The notes beneath the pieces are model-generated. The model worked only from the letters and a program-made list of their open reading frames with translations. It searched no databases and was not told the origin of the DNA. A DNA stretch of 30,000 nucleotides, from contig CP128857.1 of the NCBI GenBank assembly GCA_030388725.1, positions 3,049,621 through 3,079,620 of the forward strand, written 5' to 3'. Shown here piece after piece: positions 9,930-20,043 of the stretch. Origin of the DNA: Prodigiosinella aquatilis. GTDB taxonomy: Bacteria; Pseudomonadota; Gammaproteobacteria; Enterobacterales; Enterobacteriaceae. Numbering within the stretch: position 1 is the first letter of the stretch; each line of letters starts with the position of its first letter. The position numbers were made by a program, and so were the translations under genes.

Positions 9930-9932
9930 GTT

Positions 9933-10059
9933 TATACCCCAAATAATTCGAGTTGCAGGAAGGCGGAAAGAGAGTGAATCCCGAGGAGCTTACTCAGGTA
10001 AGTGATTCGGGTGAACGAACGCCGCCAACACACCTGCAACTTGAAGTATGGCGGGTATA
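9933..10059. repeat. ERIC (enterobacterial repetitive intergenic consensus) element, full length ~127 bp
   Basis: TATACCCCAAATAATTCGAGTTGCAGGAAGGCGGAAAGAGAGTGAATCCCGAGGAGCTTACTCAGGTAAGTGATTCGGGTGAACGAACGCCGCCAACACACCTGCAACTTGAAGTATGGCGGGTATA. It contains the ERIC core GTGAATCCC.AGGAGCTTAC...GTAAGTGA..GGGTGA and terminal inverted arms. It lies between the convergent genes ydiP and ydiO. Confidence 0.85.
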
Positions 10060-10206
10060 GTGATAGATATTCCAATGCTAATATCACCCCCGACCTTTCT
10101 CTGCGAAAGGGAAACCGGGGAATCTATTAATAGTAAAACGCCTGAATTTCTCAGTAATTTGAACCCGTTCACCTCATCGGGGATGAACGGGGATGGCCCA
10201 ATACGA

Positions 10207-11358
10207 CTACTTATTCTGATAATCTTTCAGAATCTGGCGCCCGGCAATATAGATCATGATTTCATCGGTGCCACCGCCAATTCGTTCACAACGAACATCG
10301 CGCCAGAAGCGGGAAACGCGGGCATCATCCGTATAACCCAATCCACCCATGATCTGAATTGCGTCATCAATCACTTCAAGCGCGGTACGCGCACAATACA
10401 ATTTACAGAGTGCGGCACTGGTTCGTAATGATTGATGCATATCGGCTTGCCATGCCACTTTCAATACCATGTTGCGCATGTTTTCGATTTTTATCGCCAT
10501 TAAAGCCAGTTTTTCCTGAATCATCTGGTTATGGCCGATAGGTTTGCCAAACTGAATGCGCTGGTTGGCATATTTGGCCGCATCTTCAAATGCACACTCG
10601 GCAAAACCGGTACTGCGGGCAGCATTGATAAGACGTTCCATTTCAAAGTTATACATTACATTCAGAAAACCCATGCCCTCTTCACCGACCATGTCGCTTT
10701 CATCAACCTCGACATTATCCAGATAGACTTCACAGGTGCTCAGCATATGCCAGCCAATTTTATGCAACGGGTTGATTTTGATGCCTGGACTGTTCGATTC
10801 TACCCACCAAAGCGTGAACGCTTTTTTCGGATCTTTTGGTTCAGGATCCCGCGCCAGCACCAACATGTAAGGGTATTCTTTGGCTCCGGTAATAAAAGTC
10901 TTCTGACCATTCAAATACACTTTGCCGTTCTTGCGAGTGTAGGTTGTTGTCGCGCTATTGTTGTCTGACCCGGCACCAGGTTCAGTGAGTGCCAGCGCAT
11001 AAGCCGGGTCGCCGGTGGCCAATGTGCTTTCCGCCGTTTTCCGCAATTGTTCTGGCGAACCGAACCTTCTCATACTGTGAATACATTGCCCGTTGGTGAT
11101 CAAAAATGCGGGAGCACCACATTTTGAGACTTCCATCAACGCAAGCATCTGTGTCACATAATCAGCCGGAATACCATTATATTCCTCTGGCACACCTAAT
11201 AGAGAAATACCATTGTCAGATAACGCCTTCATGAATTCTTTGGGATAAGTTCCCGTTTGGTCGCATGTTCTGAAATATTCTTCAGGAAAATTATTGGTAA
11301 TAAGTTCCCGAATACTTGCCAACAGCAACTCTTGTTCTTCGGTTAAACCAAAGTCCAT
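10207..11358 (-). CDS. ydiO: Acyl-CoA dehydrogenase (CaiA-like), YdiO
   Basis: 383 aa. It shows acyl-CoA dehydrogenase family features (ALTEPGAGSD, ...QRIQFGKPIG..QMIQ.KLA.M, C-terminal GGTDEIMIYIAGRQIL). An AGGAG SD is present. It lies directly downstream of ydiF. Confidence 0.9.
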   Translation of the reverse strand: MDFGLTEEQELLLASIRELITNNFPEEYFRTCDQTGTYPKEFMKALSDNGISLLGVPEEYNGIPADYVTQMLALMEVSKCGAPAFLITNGQCIHSMRRFGSPEQLRKTAESTLATGDPAYALALTEPGAGSDNNSATTTYTRKNGKVYLNGQKTFITGAKEYPYMLVLARDPEPKDPKKAFTLWWVESNSPGIKINPLHKIGWHMLSTCEVYLDNVEVDESDMVGEEGMGFLNVMYNFEMERLINAARSTGFAECAFEDAAKYANQRIQFGKPIGHNQMIQEKLALMAIKIENMRNMVLKVAWQADMHQSLRTSAALCKLYCARTALEVIDDAIQIMGGLGYTDDARVSRFWRDVRCERIGGGTDEIMIYIAGRQILKDYQNK

Positions 11359-11372
11359 ATTCTGTACTCCTA

Positions 11373-12968
11373 TTATTTATCTACTTCAGGTAAAACAAAT
11401 CCCATGACTTTGTCATAAAACATTCTTTCATCCATCAGTTTCAAGTCACTGGATATGATTGGCTTGAAGTCCATTTGAGATAGAATATCTTTTTCCAGAT
11501 CAACACCGGGCGCAATTTCAATCAAATGTAATCCATCTTCTTTTAACGTAAATACCGCGCGTTCAGTGATATAGCGAACATCCAGCCCACGCTTCAACGC
11601 TATTTTTCCACTGAATGTTATTTCTGGTATCTCTTTTATAAATTTTTTGACTTTCCCTTCCTGAACAATTTTTAGTTTTCCTTCACTAACTTCTGTTTTT
11701 AAGCTACCCGCCGTCAATGTTCCGCAGAATATAATTTTCTTCGACGTCGCACTGATATCAATAAACCCGCCCGTGCCCATAATTTTCCCATTGAATTTAT
11801 GAACACCGACATTACCGTGCTGGTCTATTTCAGCAAAACTTAAATAACAGACATCCAGTCCACCACCATGATAGAAGTCAAACTGGGAGGTCATATCCAG
11901 AATAGCGCGGGTATTAACATTAGCGCCGAAAGCGACCCCCTGAGTGGTAATGCCGCCAATAGGGCCGGTTTCTACCGTCAATACGAAGTCATCAGCACAG
12001 CCCTCCTCTCTGGCAACCAGACCAATGCCGTCAGCAATACCAACGCCTACGTTTCCCACGGCCCCTTTGCGCATTTCAAACAACGCACGCCGTGCAACCA
12101 GTTTGCGCTGATTCAGTGGAATATCCATTCTGGTACTGTCGTCAAGCACAAAATCACCAGAAATAAACCGATTAACGGGCGCACCGCCATAAAGCTGCGT
12201 CTGAGCCGAATCGACAACCACAATATCGACAAGGTAGCCAGGGATCCTGACTGATTTGGGATGAAGCGTCGCTTTCTTGACCATCTTCTGCACTTGCATC
12301 ATCACAATACCGCCATTGTTATGCACGGCTTGCGCGATCACTAACGCGTCCAGATACATCACTTCATCTTCAAACGAGGCATAACCTTCGCTATCACATG
12401 TCGTGGCGCGGATAAAGGCAACATTAGGTGCGATGGCCTTATAGAAGAGATACTCCTGATTGTCGATTTCAATCAGTTTGATCAACTCTTCTTTGGTCAC
12501 TTCATTGAGCTTCCCGCCTTGCTGTCGTGGGTCAACAAACGTACCGATACCGATATCGCTCAAAACGCCGGGTTGATGGGCGGCTGAAGCCCGGATAGTC
12601 TGCGTCAAAACACCTTGCGGGTAGTTATAGGCGATAATCTTGTTTTGTTCGGCCAACTCGGAAATACGTGGCGATTGCCCCCAATGGCCGCAAAGCGCCC
12701 ATCTCACCAAACCTTCCTGGGCCAGTGGACTAATTCCTTTTTCTGCCCGGTCACCCAACCCCGTTGGGCTGATTAAAGAAAGATTTCGAGGCGATTGTGT
12801 ATTTTTATAACGTTCAGATAAAGCCGTAATTAATGTTGTAGCTTCAAGAATGCCGCCACCAGCCCCCAGGACACAAAGTGTGGCTTCATTCGGAATATAT
12901 TTCACAGCGTCTTCAGCAGACAACACCGGGACTCTGCCATTAATTTTTTCCGGTTTTTCCAGTTTCAT
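11373..12968 (-). CDS. ydiF: Fused-subunit family I CoA-transferase (acetate/short-chain acyl-CoA transferase), YdiF
   Basis: 531 aa, the same length as E. coli YdiF as I recall. It is a single-chain alpha+beta CoA-transferase. An AGGAG SD is present and the position is syntenic. Confidence 0.88.
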   Translation of the reverse strand: MKLEKPEKINGRVPVLSAEDAVKYIPNEATLCVLGAGGGILEATTLITALSERYKNTQSPRNLSLISPTGLGDRAEKGISPLAQEGLVRWALCGHWGQSPRISELAEQNKIIAYNYPQGVLTQTIRASAAHQPGVLSDIGIGTFVDPRQQGGKLNEVTKEELIKLIEIDNQEYLFYKAIAPNVAFIRATTCDSEGYASFEDEVMYLDALVIAQAVHNNGGIVMMQVQKMVKKATLHPKSVRIPGYLVDIVVVDSAQTQLYGGAPVNRFISGDFVLDDSTRMDIPLNQRKLVARRALFEMRKGAVGNVGVGIADGIGLVAREEGCADDFVLTVETGPIGGITTQGVAFGANVNTRAILDMTSQFDFYHGGGLDVCYLSFAEIDQHGNVGVHKFNGKIMGTGGFIDISATSKKIIFCGTLTAGSLKTEVSEGKLKIVQEGKVKKFIKEIPEITFSGKIALKRGLDVRYITERAVFTLKEDGLHLIEIAPGVDLEKDILSQMDFKPIISSDLKLMDERMFYDKVMGFVLPEVDK

Positions 12969-13056
12969 AGGTGCTCCTAATCATGATCGAGTTTATTTTT
13001 CTCAATCACCTAAAAATATAAGACACTTCACTACAGCTTAAATAACTGAAATAATC

Positions 13057-13183
13057 TATACCCGTCATACTTCAAGTTGCTGGTGTGTTGGCTGCGCTCG
13101 TTCACCCGAATCATTTATCTGAATAAGCTCATCGGGATTTACTCTCTTGCCGCCTTCCTGCAACTCGAATTATTTTGGGTATA
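13057..13183. repeat. ERIC element, full length, inverted relative to the copy at 9933..10059
   Basis: TATACCCGTCATACTTCAAGTTGCTGGTGTGTTGGCTGCGCTCGTTCACCCGAATCATTTATCTGAATAAGCTCATCGGGATTTACTCTCTTGCCGCCTTCCTGCAACTCGAATTATTTTGGGTATA is the reverse complement of the ERIC pattern. The track ORF 13077..13289 lies inside it and is spurious. Confidence 0.85.
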
Positions 13184-13354
13184 TATAGCCACGAAAAATG
13201 TTATAAAAGTGCCTACCATTTACTTAAATGATTATTTTATACACCCAATAAACCATCTATTGCAGGACATTAATACACCTACAGACTGAGTGACCATATA
13301 TATCTATCCAAGAACCACGAAGGTTCTCGAATAAATATTCGACCACAGATTGTT

Positions 13355-14113
13355 TTATGACTGATGTAATATATTTAAAACCGTTCTTAATTCTTTAATT
13401 GCTATCTGCCCAGGAGCAGACGCTTTTTTCAATGCTCCGAATGTTGCTGCTGACCCAAAGACTTCACCCGATAAGCGAGAAATAATACCGGATTGCGACA
13501 TAGACATCGTAATAATGGGGCGATCCGCATATTTTTCACTCATTTCCAGTGTGGCTGACAGCAACGTCACCACATCGGTCTTGTTCTGTGGCATCAGGGC
13601 GATTTTGGGAATGTCCGCTCCCAACGTCTGCATTTTGCACAAACGCTTGATAATTTCGTCTTTAGGCGGCGTTTTATGAAAGTCATGGTTGGACATAATG
13701 ACTTTCACCCCTTTGGCGTGAGCATGTTCTATTGTGGCACTCACCAGTTGATCGCCGGTAAACAGCTCCAGGTCAATCATATCCACCAGACCGCTATCAA
13801 TAACCGCTTTATTCAGGGAAATGTATTCATCGGGCGCGATGCTTTTTTCACCCCCTTCTTTTGCGGTACGGAAGGTAAAGAGGATCGGTTTGTCGTGAAT
13901 AATACTCCGGAGTTTGCGGGCGGCATCGATAACGCTATCGATATGTTTCACATCATCAAAATGATCAATACGCCATTCCAGGATATCAAAGTCAAAATCT
14001 TTGTAATATTGCGCTTCCGACTCAACCAGTGGCCCATTTTTTCCCATTAATGACACAATGATTTTCGGCGCGCCTTCACCTATTACCAGATTTTTCACGG
14101 TTACGGTTTTCAT
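13355..14113 (-). CDS. aroD: 3-dehydroquinate dehydratase, type I
   Basis: 252 aa, the same as E. coli AroD. Motifs are [29 protein letters not shown] and the Schiff-base lysine context DIPKIALMP. Confidence 0.92.
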   Translation of the reverse strand: MKTVTVKNLVIGEGAPKIIVSLMGKNGPLVESEAQYYKDFDFDILEWRIDHFDDVKHIDSVIDAARKLRSIIHDKPILFTFRTAKEGGEKSIAPDEYISLNKAVIDSGLVDMIDLELFTGDQLVSATIEHAHAKGVKVIMSNHDFHKTPPKDEIIKRLCKMQTLGADIPKIALMPQNKTDVVTLLSATLEMSEKYADRPIITMSMSQSGIISRLSGEVFGSAATFGALKKASAPGQIAIKELRTVLNILHQS

Positions 14114-14271
14114 TCTTTTCCCTTACATTAATGCGTTATGGTAGACATCAGCCAGTGTGAACACGAACAACACCCAGATAATGTTGCTGGCAACCTGGAC
14201 GAGTAGTGGCCCGTTCCGTTCAGGTCCCATACTGTAGCGACTGGCAACATAAAATAATCCAAACCGGATTA

Positions 14272-15138
14272 CTATGCGTTAAACCCCATGGCCTTTTTAA
14301 TATATTCCAACGGAAAATCTTTCCCCGTCCAAAGTTTAAACTGTTCTGCGCCTTGCCATAATAACATTCCATAGCCATCGACCGTTTTACAGCCGGCATC
14401 CATTGCCATTTGCAATAGCTTGGTGATATGCGGGTTGTAAACGCACTCGGAAACCAGCAAGTCTGGACGCAACATCGATTTGTCACTGACGATACATTCA
14501 TTTTCCAGCGGTTTCATACCCAATTTCGTACCATTGGTCAAAATATCCGCGCTGGCAATGGCATCGGCAAACACTTTCTGGTCAGCCAGATCATGAACCG
14601 TAATAGTACAATCAGTGTTGTCATTCACCCGTTTTGCAAAGGCAACCGCTTTTTCATAGAACTCATCCTTGCGGTTAAACAACATGATTTCCTTAATTCC
14701 TTCGATTGCAGCCTGGGCGCCGATAGCCGTAGATGCGCCGCCAGCGCCGACCAACACCATTTTCTTACCTTTAATATCAAAGCCGCTTTCTTTGATAGCC
14801 CGGATATGCCCGGTACCGTCGGTGTTATAGCCGGTAAGATAACCATCATCGTTCACAATGGTATTGATGGCGCCCACCAGTTTGGCGGCTGGGGTTAACT
14901 CATTCACATACTCACAAGCCAGTTGCTTATTCGGCATGGAAACACCGGTACCACGCATTTTTAACGCCTTCAGCCCTTCGATTGCTTTGCCAAAACGCGT
15001 ATTGTCAACTTCGAAAGCCATATAGGTATAAGGTAAGCCAACTTTTTCCAGTGCCTTATTCTGCATTTCAGGTGATAAACTGTGTCTGATGGGGTAAGCC
15101 ATTAATCCAATCAGTTCATATTTTGCAGTTACATCCAT
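14272..15138 (-). CDS. ydiB: Quinate/shikimate 5-dehydrogenase (NAD(P)), YdiB
   Basis: 288 aa. Shikimate dehydrogenase family motifs are [22 protein letters not shown] and GAGGAST. It lies adjacent to aroD, as in E. coli. An AGGAG SD is present. Confidence 0.9.
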   Translation of the reverse strand: MDVTAKYELIGLMAYPIRHSLSPEMQNKALEKVGLPYTYMAFEVDNTRFGKAIEGLKALKMRGTGVSMPNKQLACEYVNELTPAAKLVGAINTIVNDDGYLTGYNTDGTGHIRAIKESGFDIKGKKMVLVGAGGASTAIGAQAAIEGIKEIMLFNRKDEFYEKAVAFAKRVNDNTDCTITVHDLADQKVFADAIASADILTNGTKLGMKPLENECIVSDKSMLRPDLLVSECVYNPHITKLLQMAMDAGCKTVDGYGMLLWQGAEQFKLWTGKDFPLEYIKKAMGFNA

Positions 15139-15212
15139 TAGAAACTCCTTAATTTATTCTCTCAATTTAACGCAAAGTTCATTAAAAACGTATTTCTCAT
15201 ACAATGCGTTAT

Positions 15213-16481
15213 TTATAAATGCAGTGGTTTTCTGTCTTCTTTTCTTATTATAAAAAAGCGCTCTCCCAACCGCACATCATTAGCTGGTATATTGAATATT
15301 TTATAGTAACGAACAAAAACAATTATCGCGGTGATAAAGGCTAATATAGCGAATGCGACATCCAGTAATATAATGTAATTCAATCCGATTTCTGATAAAT
15401 ACCCAGTAATCAGTGGAATAAGGAAGTTTGACAACCCGCCCATCAACATATAGAGGCTCGTCACCCTGGCCTTACTTTTTGGGAAGAATTCGGACATGAC
15501 GGAAACGCCGAGTTGCAGCAACCCACCGGCGGCGGAGAAACCAATGATGAAGGAACCAACATTACAGACGAGCGATGATGGATACAGATAGATCACGATA
15601 CCGGCAGCTACGGCTAATCCAGAATTGAACACATTAGCCCAAACGGGACGGACCATTCTTTTTAACAGCAAGGCAAAAACGAACACGCACACTAACGAGC
15701 CTATACTGTAGTAAGAGATTGTTTTCAATGCGTCAGCTTCTGCCATACCCGCATAGGCCATTGCATATTTGGGCATCCAGACAACAATCACATAAAACGT
15801 TGAGAATATGGCGACACCAAACACAATTGAGGCGACCCCTTCAAGCCATGCCAGCGGCTTTTGGTTCATCTGTGGCAAGTCTTTGGTAATATTGGCGTCA
15901 ACCAGCTGGCTGGGGAACTTACTCTTAAGCAGTAGTAACGTGACAAAGATAAATAGAATACCTGGGATGATGATACCGTAGCCATACCAAATATGATTCA
16001 CCAGTAAATAACCGACTAATAACGGATAGAACATCTGACCGAAAGAGACCATAGCTTTGATCAGAATGACCGCAGAACCGGATGTTTTGGGGTAACATTC
16101 CATTAATGCCGGGTATGCACCGGTATCCAATGCCGCATTCGCTACACCGACACAGACGGCCAGAATAAATGCAATGATCAAGTTAGGGCTGGCGGGAATA
16201 CCGAAGAAGAACACGATATATAAGATGACACCCAGCAGGATCACGAAACGTCTACCAAACTTGTCAGATATTACGCCGAAGAATAGGATACTGATCAGTC
16301 GACCCAATCCTATACCTGAAATCAGGTAGGCAATACCGGCATTATCGGTGCCAAACTTTGTGGCCAAAGGAGTCATATTCTGTGCCAAGGTAATGACACT
16401 GACGCCATGAAGAAAATAGCTCAGATATATACCTATGACAGCTAATAAAAATGGCGCATTGAAGGCCTTATTCTGGCTCAT
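15213..16481 (-). CDS. ydiN: MFS transporter (12-TM), YdiN-like
   Basis: 422 aa and hydrophobic throughout, with the MFS loop 2-3 motif GVISDKFGRR. A GGAGAA SD is present. It is syntenic with ydiN next to ydiB. Confidence 0.82.
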   Translation of the reverse strand: MSQNKAFNAPFLLAVIGIYLSYFLHGVSVITLAQNMTPLATKFGTDNAGIAYLISGIGLGRLISILFFGVISDKFGRRFVILLGVILYIVFFFGIPASPNLIIAFILAVCVGVANAALDTGAYPALMECYPKTSGSAVILIKAMVSFGQMFYPLLVGYLLVNHIWYGYGIIIPGILFIFVTLLLLKSKFPSQLVDANITKDLPQMNQKPLAWLEGVASIVFGVAIFSTFYVIVVWMPKYAMAYAGMAEADALKTISYYSIGSLVCVFVFALLLKRMVRPVWANVFNSGLAVAAGIVIYLYPSSLVCNVGSFIIGFSAAGGLLQLGVSVMSEFFPKSKARVTSLYMLMGGLSNFLIPLITGYLSEIGLNYIILLDVAFAILAFITAIIVFVRYYKIFNIPANDVRLGERFFIIRKEDRKPLHL

Positions 16482-17226
16482 TCTTTTCTCCGTTTATAGT
16501 TAATGTTTTTATTACTCATTTCCTGATGTCTTACTTCACATTTTTGTTCTTTATTTTTACTGACTTCATATATTTTATAAAATTCCACCAAATTAATATT
16601 CGTAGTTAATGTATAAAACAAAGGTAACAATTAATACGTAATATAAGGTTTTTATTGTCAATTTTATTGCACGCAGTCAAGGAAGGGAGTGCCGATCTTT
16701 GTTGAGGATTTGTTTGTTATTTTACAAAAAATAACACATTATACAGATGAAATACCATCTCGTGACACACCAGCATAATAAATAAATACTGAGAGATGGA
16801 TCAAATTTATTTTTTGTTCCCGAGTAAATAACATAAGTTTTTTTGTAAAATAGGCTAAGCAGGGGGAAAAATAACATTTTCAATGTAAACGAATAAGCAT
16901 CAGGCTGCATCTTTTAACTAACCGTGACACCCGATAGTAGACGATACTTACCTTTTTCATGTTTATGACAATTATCAATTAACAACTTAGCTACGTTTCT
17001 TCCCGGCATAAAGTGACAAGAGAACATGTTATATTGCATCACACCATAATAATTTTGCACACCGCGACAAGATAGTATGGTTTTTACTGCGATACTCATT
17101 GACTCCATGTAAGTAGGCCCACACGACATAATGTGATTTAATCAGCGACATCTTCCTCTCGCTTGCAGTATGTTGATATTGTCGGGCCACAAAAATACAC
17201 GCTTCACTAACTTCATGAGATGTAGA

Positions 17227-17637
<411 letters not shown>

Positions 17638-18027
17638 TTACTCCCTTGTTCCGGCATCGTCATCAGGTTCACCATCAAACAGCTTACCCTGCATCCGATC
17701 CAGTTCTTCTCTTTTTACCCGCTTCACCACGCTGTAGATCCACTGCAGCGAAACGCCAAACTTGCGGGCCAGTTCGTGATGGTTACGCCCGTCGAACTCC
17801 AGAAAGATTTCCCGGTCGCGCTGGCTAACCTTCCAGACCATGCCCATCGGGAAATACACGTTCTGCCCGCCCCAGACCTGCATCATGCGGTTGGCTACTG
17901 CCTCGCCGATTTGGTCAGCCACTGCGACGTCAATCACGATGATTTCACGCACCGTTGTAGCGGTATGCTGGGCAAGTTCAACCAGCAATTCAGGCCCCTT
18001 ACTGCGAAACTGGCTATAGTCGCTCAT
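17638..18027 (-). CDS. mor: Mor-family transcription activator (middle operon regulator)
   Basis: I take the ATG at 18027 (ATGA overlap with the upstream stop), giving 129 aa. The C-terminal pattern WGGQNVYFPMG...RDREIFLEFDGRNHHELARKFGVSLQWIYSVVKRVKR matches the Mu Mor/C family (GG..vYiP...RD..I...F.GrN..EL...yGvs...vY). Confidence 0.85.
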   Translation of the reverse strand: MSDYSQFRSKGPELLVELAQHTATTVREIIVIDVAVADQIGEAVANRMMQVWGGQNVYFPMGMVWKVSQRDREIFLEFDGRNHHELARKFGVSLQWIYSVVKRVKREELDRMQGKLFDGEPDDDAGTRE

Positions 18028-18452
18028 GATCGTTTCCCCGTTGTCCGGTAATGCCACTTTTTGAGCTTCTCAATAACACTGCTGGCCTGTTCCGAATTCA
18101 GCCAGCACAATCCGTCAACACCGGTTTCCCGTTTCACCCAACGTGCCAGCGAGAGTTCAGAACTGTCACGGATAACGCCCGCCGCAGCCATATCCAGCCA
18201 GAGAGCGCGTATTTTGCGGGACTGTGGATGGTTATCCAGCGCAATACCGGTTTTGGCGTTTCCGGCAGGCTTAACCCTGAATCCTTTCTTTTTCATGGAC
18301 TCCAGAACTTTGGTTAGCTGCGGAAGATCCATCCCTTTGGTTGAAGCCGTACCGGTTAACCCCTGCAGCATCTGGCGGTAGGTATCTTCATCCATCTGGA
18401 GGTCGCTGCGGGCAATATGGATGAGTTGAATAAGACGCTGTTTAGTCATCAT
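18024..18452 (-). CDS. gemA: GemA / Mu gp16-like protein (DUF1018)
   Basis: The start at 18452 (ATGATG) is preceded by AAGGAG. MMTKQRLIQLIHIARSDLQMDEDTYRQMLQGLTGTASTKGMDLPQLTKVLESMKKKGF is the DUF1018 pattern. It lies immediately upstream of mor, as in Mu. Confidence 0.7.
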   Translation of the reverse strand: MMTKQRLIQLIHIARSDLQMDEDTYRQMLQGLTGTASTKGMDLPQLTKVLESMKKKGFRVKPAGNAKTGIALDNHPQSRKIRALWLDMAAAGVIRDSSELSLARWVKRETGVDGLCWLNSEQASSVIEKLKKWHYRTTGKRS

Positions 18453-18657
18453 CGCAGCTCCTTCTACCTGCGCCACCGATATAATCGACATATAAAGGAA
18501 GCGCTACAGGCCAGCACAGGAACATAACGGCCCAACTGATCCAATGACTGGCTCCGGTGTAACGTGAATAAAACCCAGAGCGCCGGTGCAATTCAGCAGT
18601 ACACCAGCCCACAAAACCATACCAGAACAAGGCACAAACAATTGTTTCAGCGATCAT
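18442..18657 (-). CDS. Small two-TM membrane protein, unknown function
   Basis: The internal ATG at 18657 gives MIAETIVCALFWYGFVGWCTAELHRRSGFYSRYTGASHWISWAVMFLCWPVALPLYVDYIGG... (71 aa). It overlaps both neighbours by 11 nt, a tight operon arrangement. Confidence 0.5.
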   Translation of the reverse strand: MIAETIVCALFWYGFVGWCTAELHRRSGFYSRYTGASHWISWAVMFLCWPVALPLYVDYIGGAGRRSCDDD

Positions 18658-18877
18658 AATGAATCCCGCCCCAGTTAATATGAATGTTACGGGCCGTAAT
18701 AATTGGGTTGTTATTCCACCATGCACCTGACATGTAAATTTTTACCTGTTCGCGCCCGGCGATAACGCCAATTTGAATTCCCGGCCTGACATTCTTAAAA
18801 AAGGCGCGAGCAAAAAGGTATTTGACAGTTGTACGGCAAGGTTTTGACTCTTTCTTCTTGCGAAATAACATCATCAC
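18647..18877 (-). CDS. Hypothetical early protein (76 aa)
   Basis: Track ORF. Its start overlaps the upstream stop (ATGA). I recognise no motif. Confidence 0.45.
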   Translation of the reverse strand: MMMLFRKKKESKPCRTTVKYLFARAFFKNVRPGIQIGVIAGREQVKIYMSGAWWNNNPIITARNIHINWGGIHYDR

Positions 18878-19560
18878 TTCCCCCCCAGTTTCCGCTGTTC
18901 ATGTCCGTTTACTGGCTGGTGCAGCCTGATGTTCTCGCCTTCTCTGTAGCCAAGGTGGCGGGACATGTCTGCGTCACGTGATTTCCCGGCTTCACGGCCC
19001 ATGGTTGTACCTGATTCCGGGTATTTCTGCTCAAGCCAGAGTTTAGCCAGCTCCCGTTCCTCGCGGGACATAGCAAATAAATGAACTTCGCTGCGCACGG
19101 CCAGAACCCAGCCTTCGGCAAATTTGTCACCACGGCTGGTTTTGGTTTTGTTCTTGATCCTTTTATTCTGCTGGCCGATATAGCTTTTACGTGCCGCTAT
19201 TAATTGTCTGGCCAGCACCTCCCATGTGTATGAGGACAGTTCGACACGGTCTTTATTACCGTAAAAACCTACGCCGGGATTAAAACCAGAGTGAATAATA
19301 GACTTAACCCCAAATGCCGTCTGGATGATGTCCAGCAGTCCCAGCATATAGCGCGGGGGATTAACGCTGCCTGCGGCCCAGTAGCGACTGATGCTTTCAT
19401 CAATATCACTGAGTGCGAGGTCAGCCTGAGTGATGTTATAGGCCTGCATCAGCTTCTGGGCGCGTTGCAGGGCCAGCGCAGCTTCATGGGGATTGTCGGA
19501 TTTGGCCAGCGCCAGCAGTTTTTTTAACTTCTCCAGCACCTTTTCATTATTCTGCTGCAT
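18874..19560 (-). CDS. DUF2786-type phage/plasmid protein
   Basis: 228 aa. The N-terminus EKVLEKLKKLLALAKSDNPHEAALALQRAQKLMQAYNI is the characteristic DUF2786 helix pair. Confidence 0.65.
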   Translation of the reverse strand: MQQNNEKVLEKLKKLLALAKSDNPHEAALALQRAQKLMQAYNITQADLALSDIDESISRYWAAGSVNPPRYMLGLLDIIQTAFGVKSIIHSGFNPGVGFYGNKDRVELSSYTWEVLARQLIAARKSYIGQQNKRIKNKTKTSRGDKFAEGWVLAVRSEVHLFAMSREERELAKLWLEQKYPESGTTMGREAGKSRDADMSRHLGYREGENIRLHQPVNGHEQRKLGGK

Positions 19561-19780
19561 AAGTCACCCCCAGACGTTCGGCGAGGCGTTCCAGCTTTTG
19601 CTGCTTATGATAGTCAATCATCAGGCCCATTCCGTTGAGGCGGAACTGTTCAATCATGATTTCAACGTCAGCCAGTTCGGCGGCTTCTTCCATCAGCTTC
19701 AGAGCCTGTGCTTCAGGGCCAAAGGTTTTCAGGGCCAGACCGTATATAGTGGAGCGGTTATATAATTTCATGCCTTTCAT
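19547..19780 (-). CDS. Hypothetical early protein (77 aa), all-alpha
   Basis: The start is taken at 19780 (ATGA overlap with the upstream zinc-ribbon gene). The protein is MKGMKLYNRSTIYGLALKTFGPEAQALKLMEEAAELADVEIMIEQ... The EE..E...E pattern is faintly MazG-like, but I do not assert that. Confidence 0.45.
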   Translation of the reverse strand: MKGMKLYNRSTIYGLALKTFGPEAQALKLMEEAAELADVEIMIEQFRLNGMGLMIDYHKQQKLERLAERLGVTYAAE

Positions 19781-19965
19781 TGTTTCGCCTCGCAGGGGAT
19801 GAACTCCATGGCAGGGACTTCCACGTAGTAATGCTGGCTGCAGTGAGGGCATACCAGCGTGACGAGAACCGCAGGGACACGGTATTTACCGGAGGTAATG
19901 ACGCTGGCCTCGCTGAACTTCATGGTGGTAATGCCTTTCTGGCAGTTGGTACATTTGATGGACAT
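19777..19965 (-). CDS. Small zinc-ribbon protein (62 aa)
   Basis: It has two CxxC pairs: CTNC near the N-terminus and CPHC at residues ~39-42. A GAGGAA SD lies upstream. Confidence 0.55.
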   Translation of the reverse strand: MSIKCTNCQKGITTMKFSEASVITSGKYRVPAVLVTLVCPHCSQHYYVEVPAMEFIPCEAKQ

Positions 19966-20043
19966 GTTTAATTCCTCAAAGCTGTTTTCGGCGTGCAGAA
20001 ACCCACGGCGCTGACGCCGAAATAAAAAGAAATTGAATTAAAA

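Noticed and set aside
9990-10428. ORFs 9990..10172 (-) and 10048..10428 (+)
   Set aside because: The first lies within ERIC and its flank, and the second is antisense to the ydiO 3' end. Both are spurious.
13311-13327. Hairpin AGAACC-acgaa-GGTTCT downstream of aroD as a terminator
   Set aside because: The stem is only 6 bp and no U-tract follows on the minus strand, so it cannot be supported as an intrinsic terminator.
16722-17129. Two small minus-strand ORFs (62 and 71 aa) divergent from the truncated LysR gene
   Set aside because: The position fits a LysR target gene, but the sequences (Cys/Tyr/Phe-rich) match nothing I recognise, SDs are weak and the region is AT-rich. The support is insufficient to call them genes.
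19986-20022. Stem-loop TTTCGGCGT...ACGCCGAAA (9 bp, extendable to ~12 bp with a bulge) between the DUF3164-like and zinc-ribbon genes
   Set aside because: The structure is real, but the T-run precedes rather than follows it on the coding (minus) strand, so it is not a canonical terminator. It may be an mRNA stability or processing element. The evidence is insufficient to call a function.
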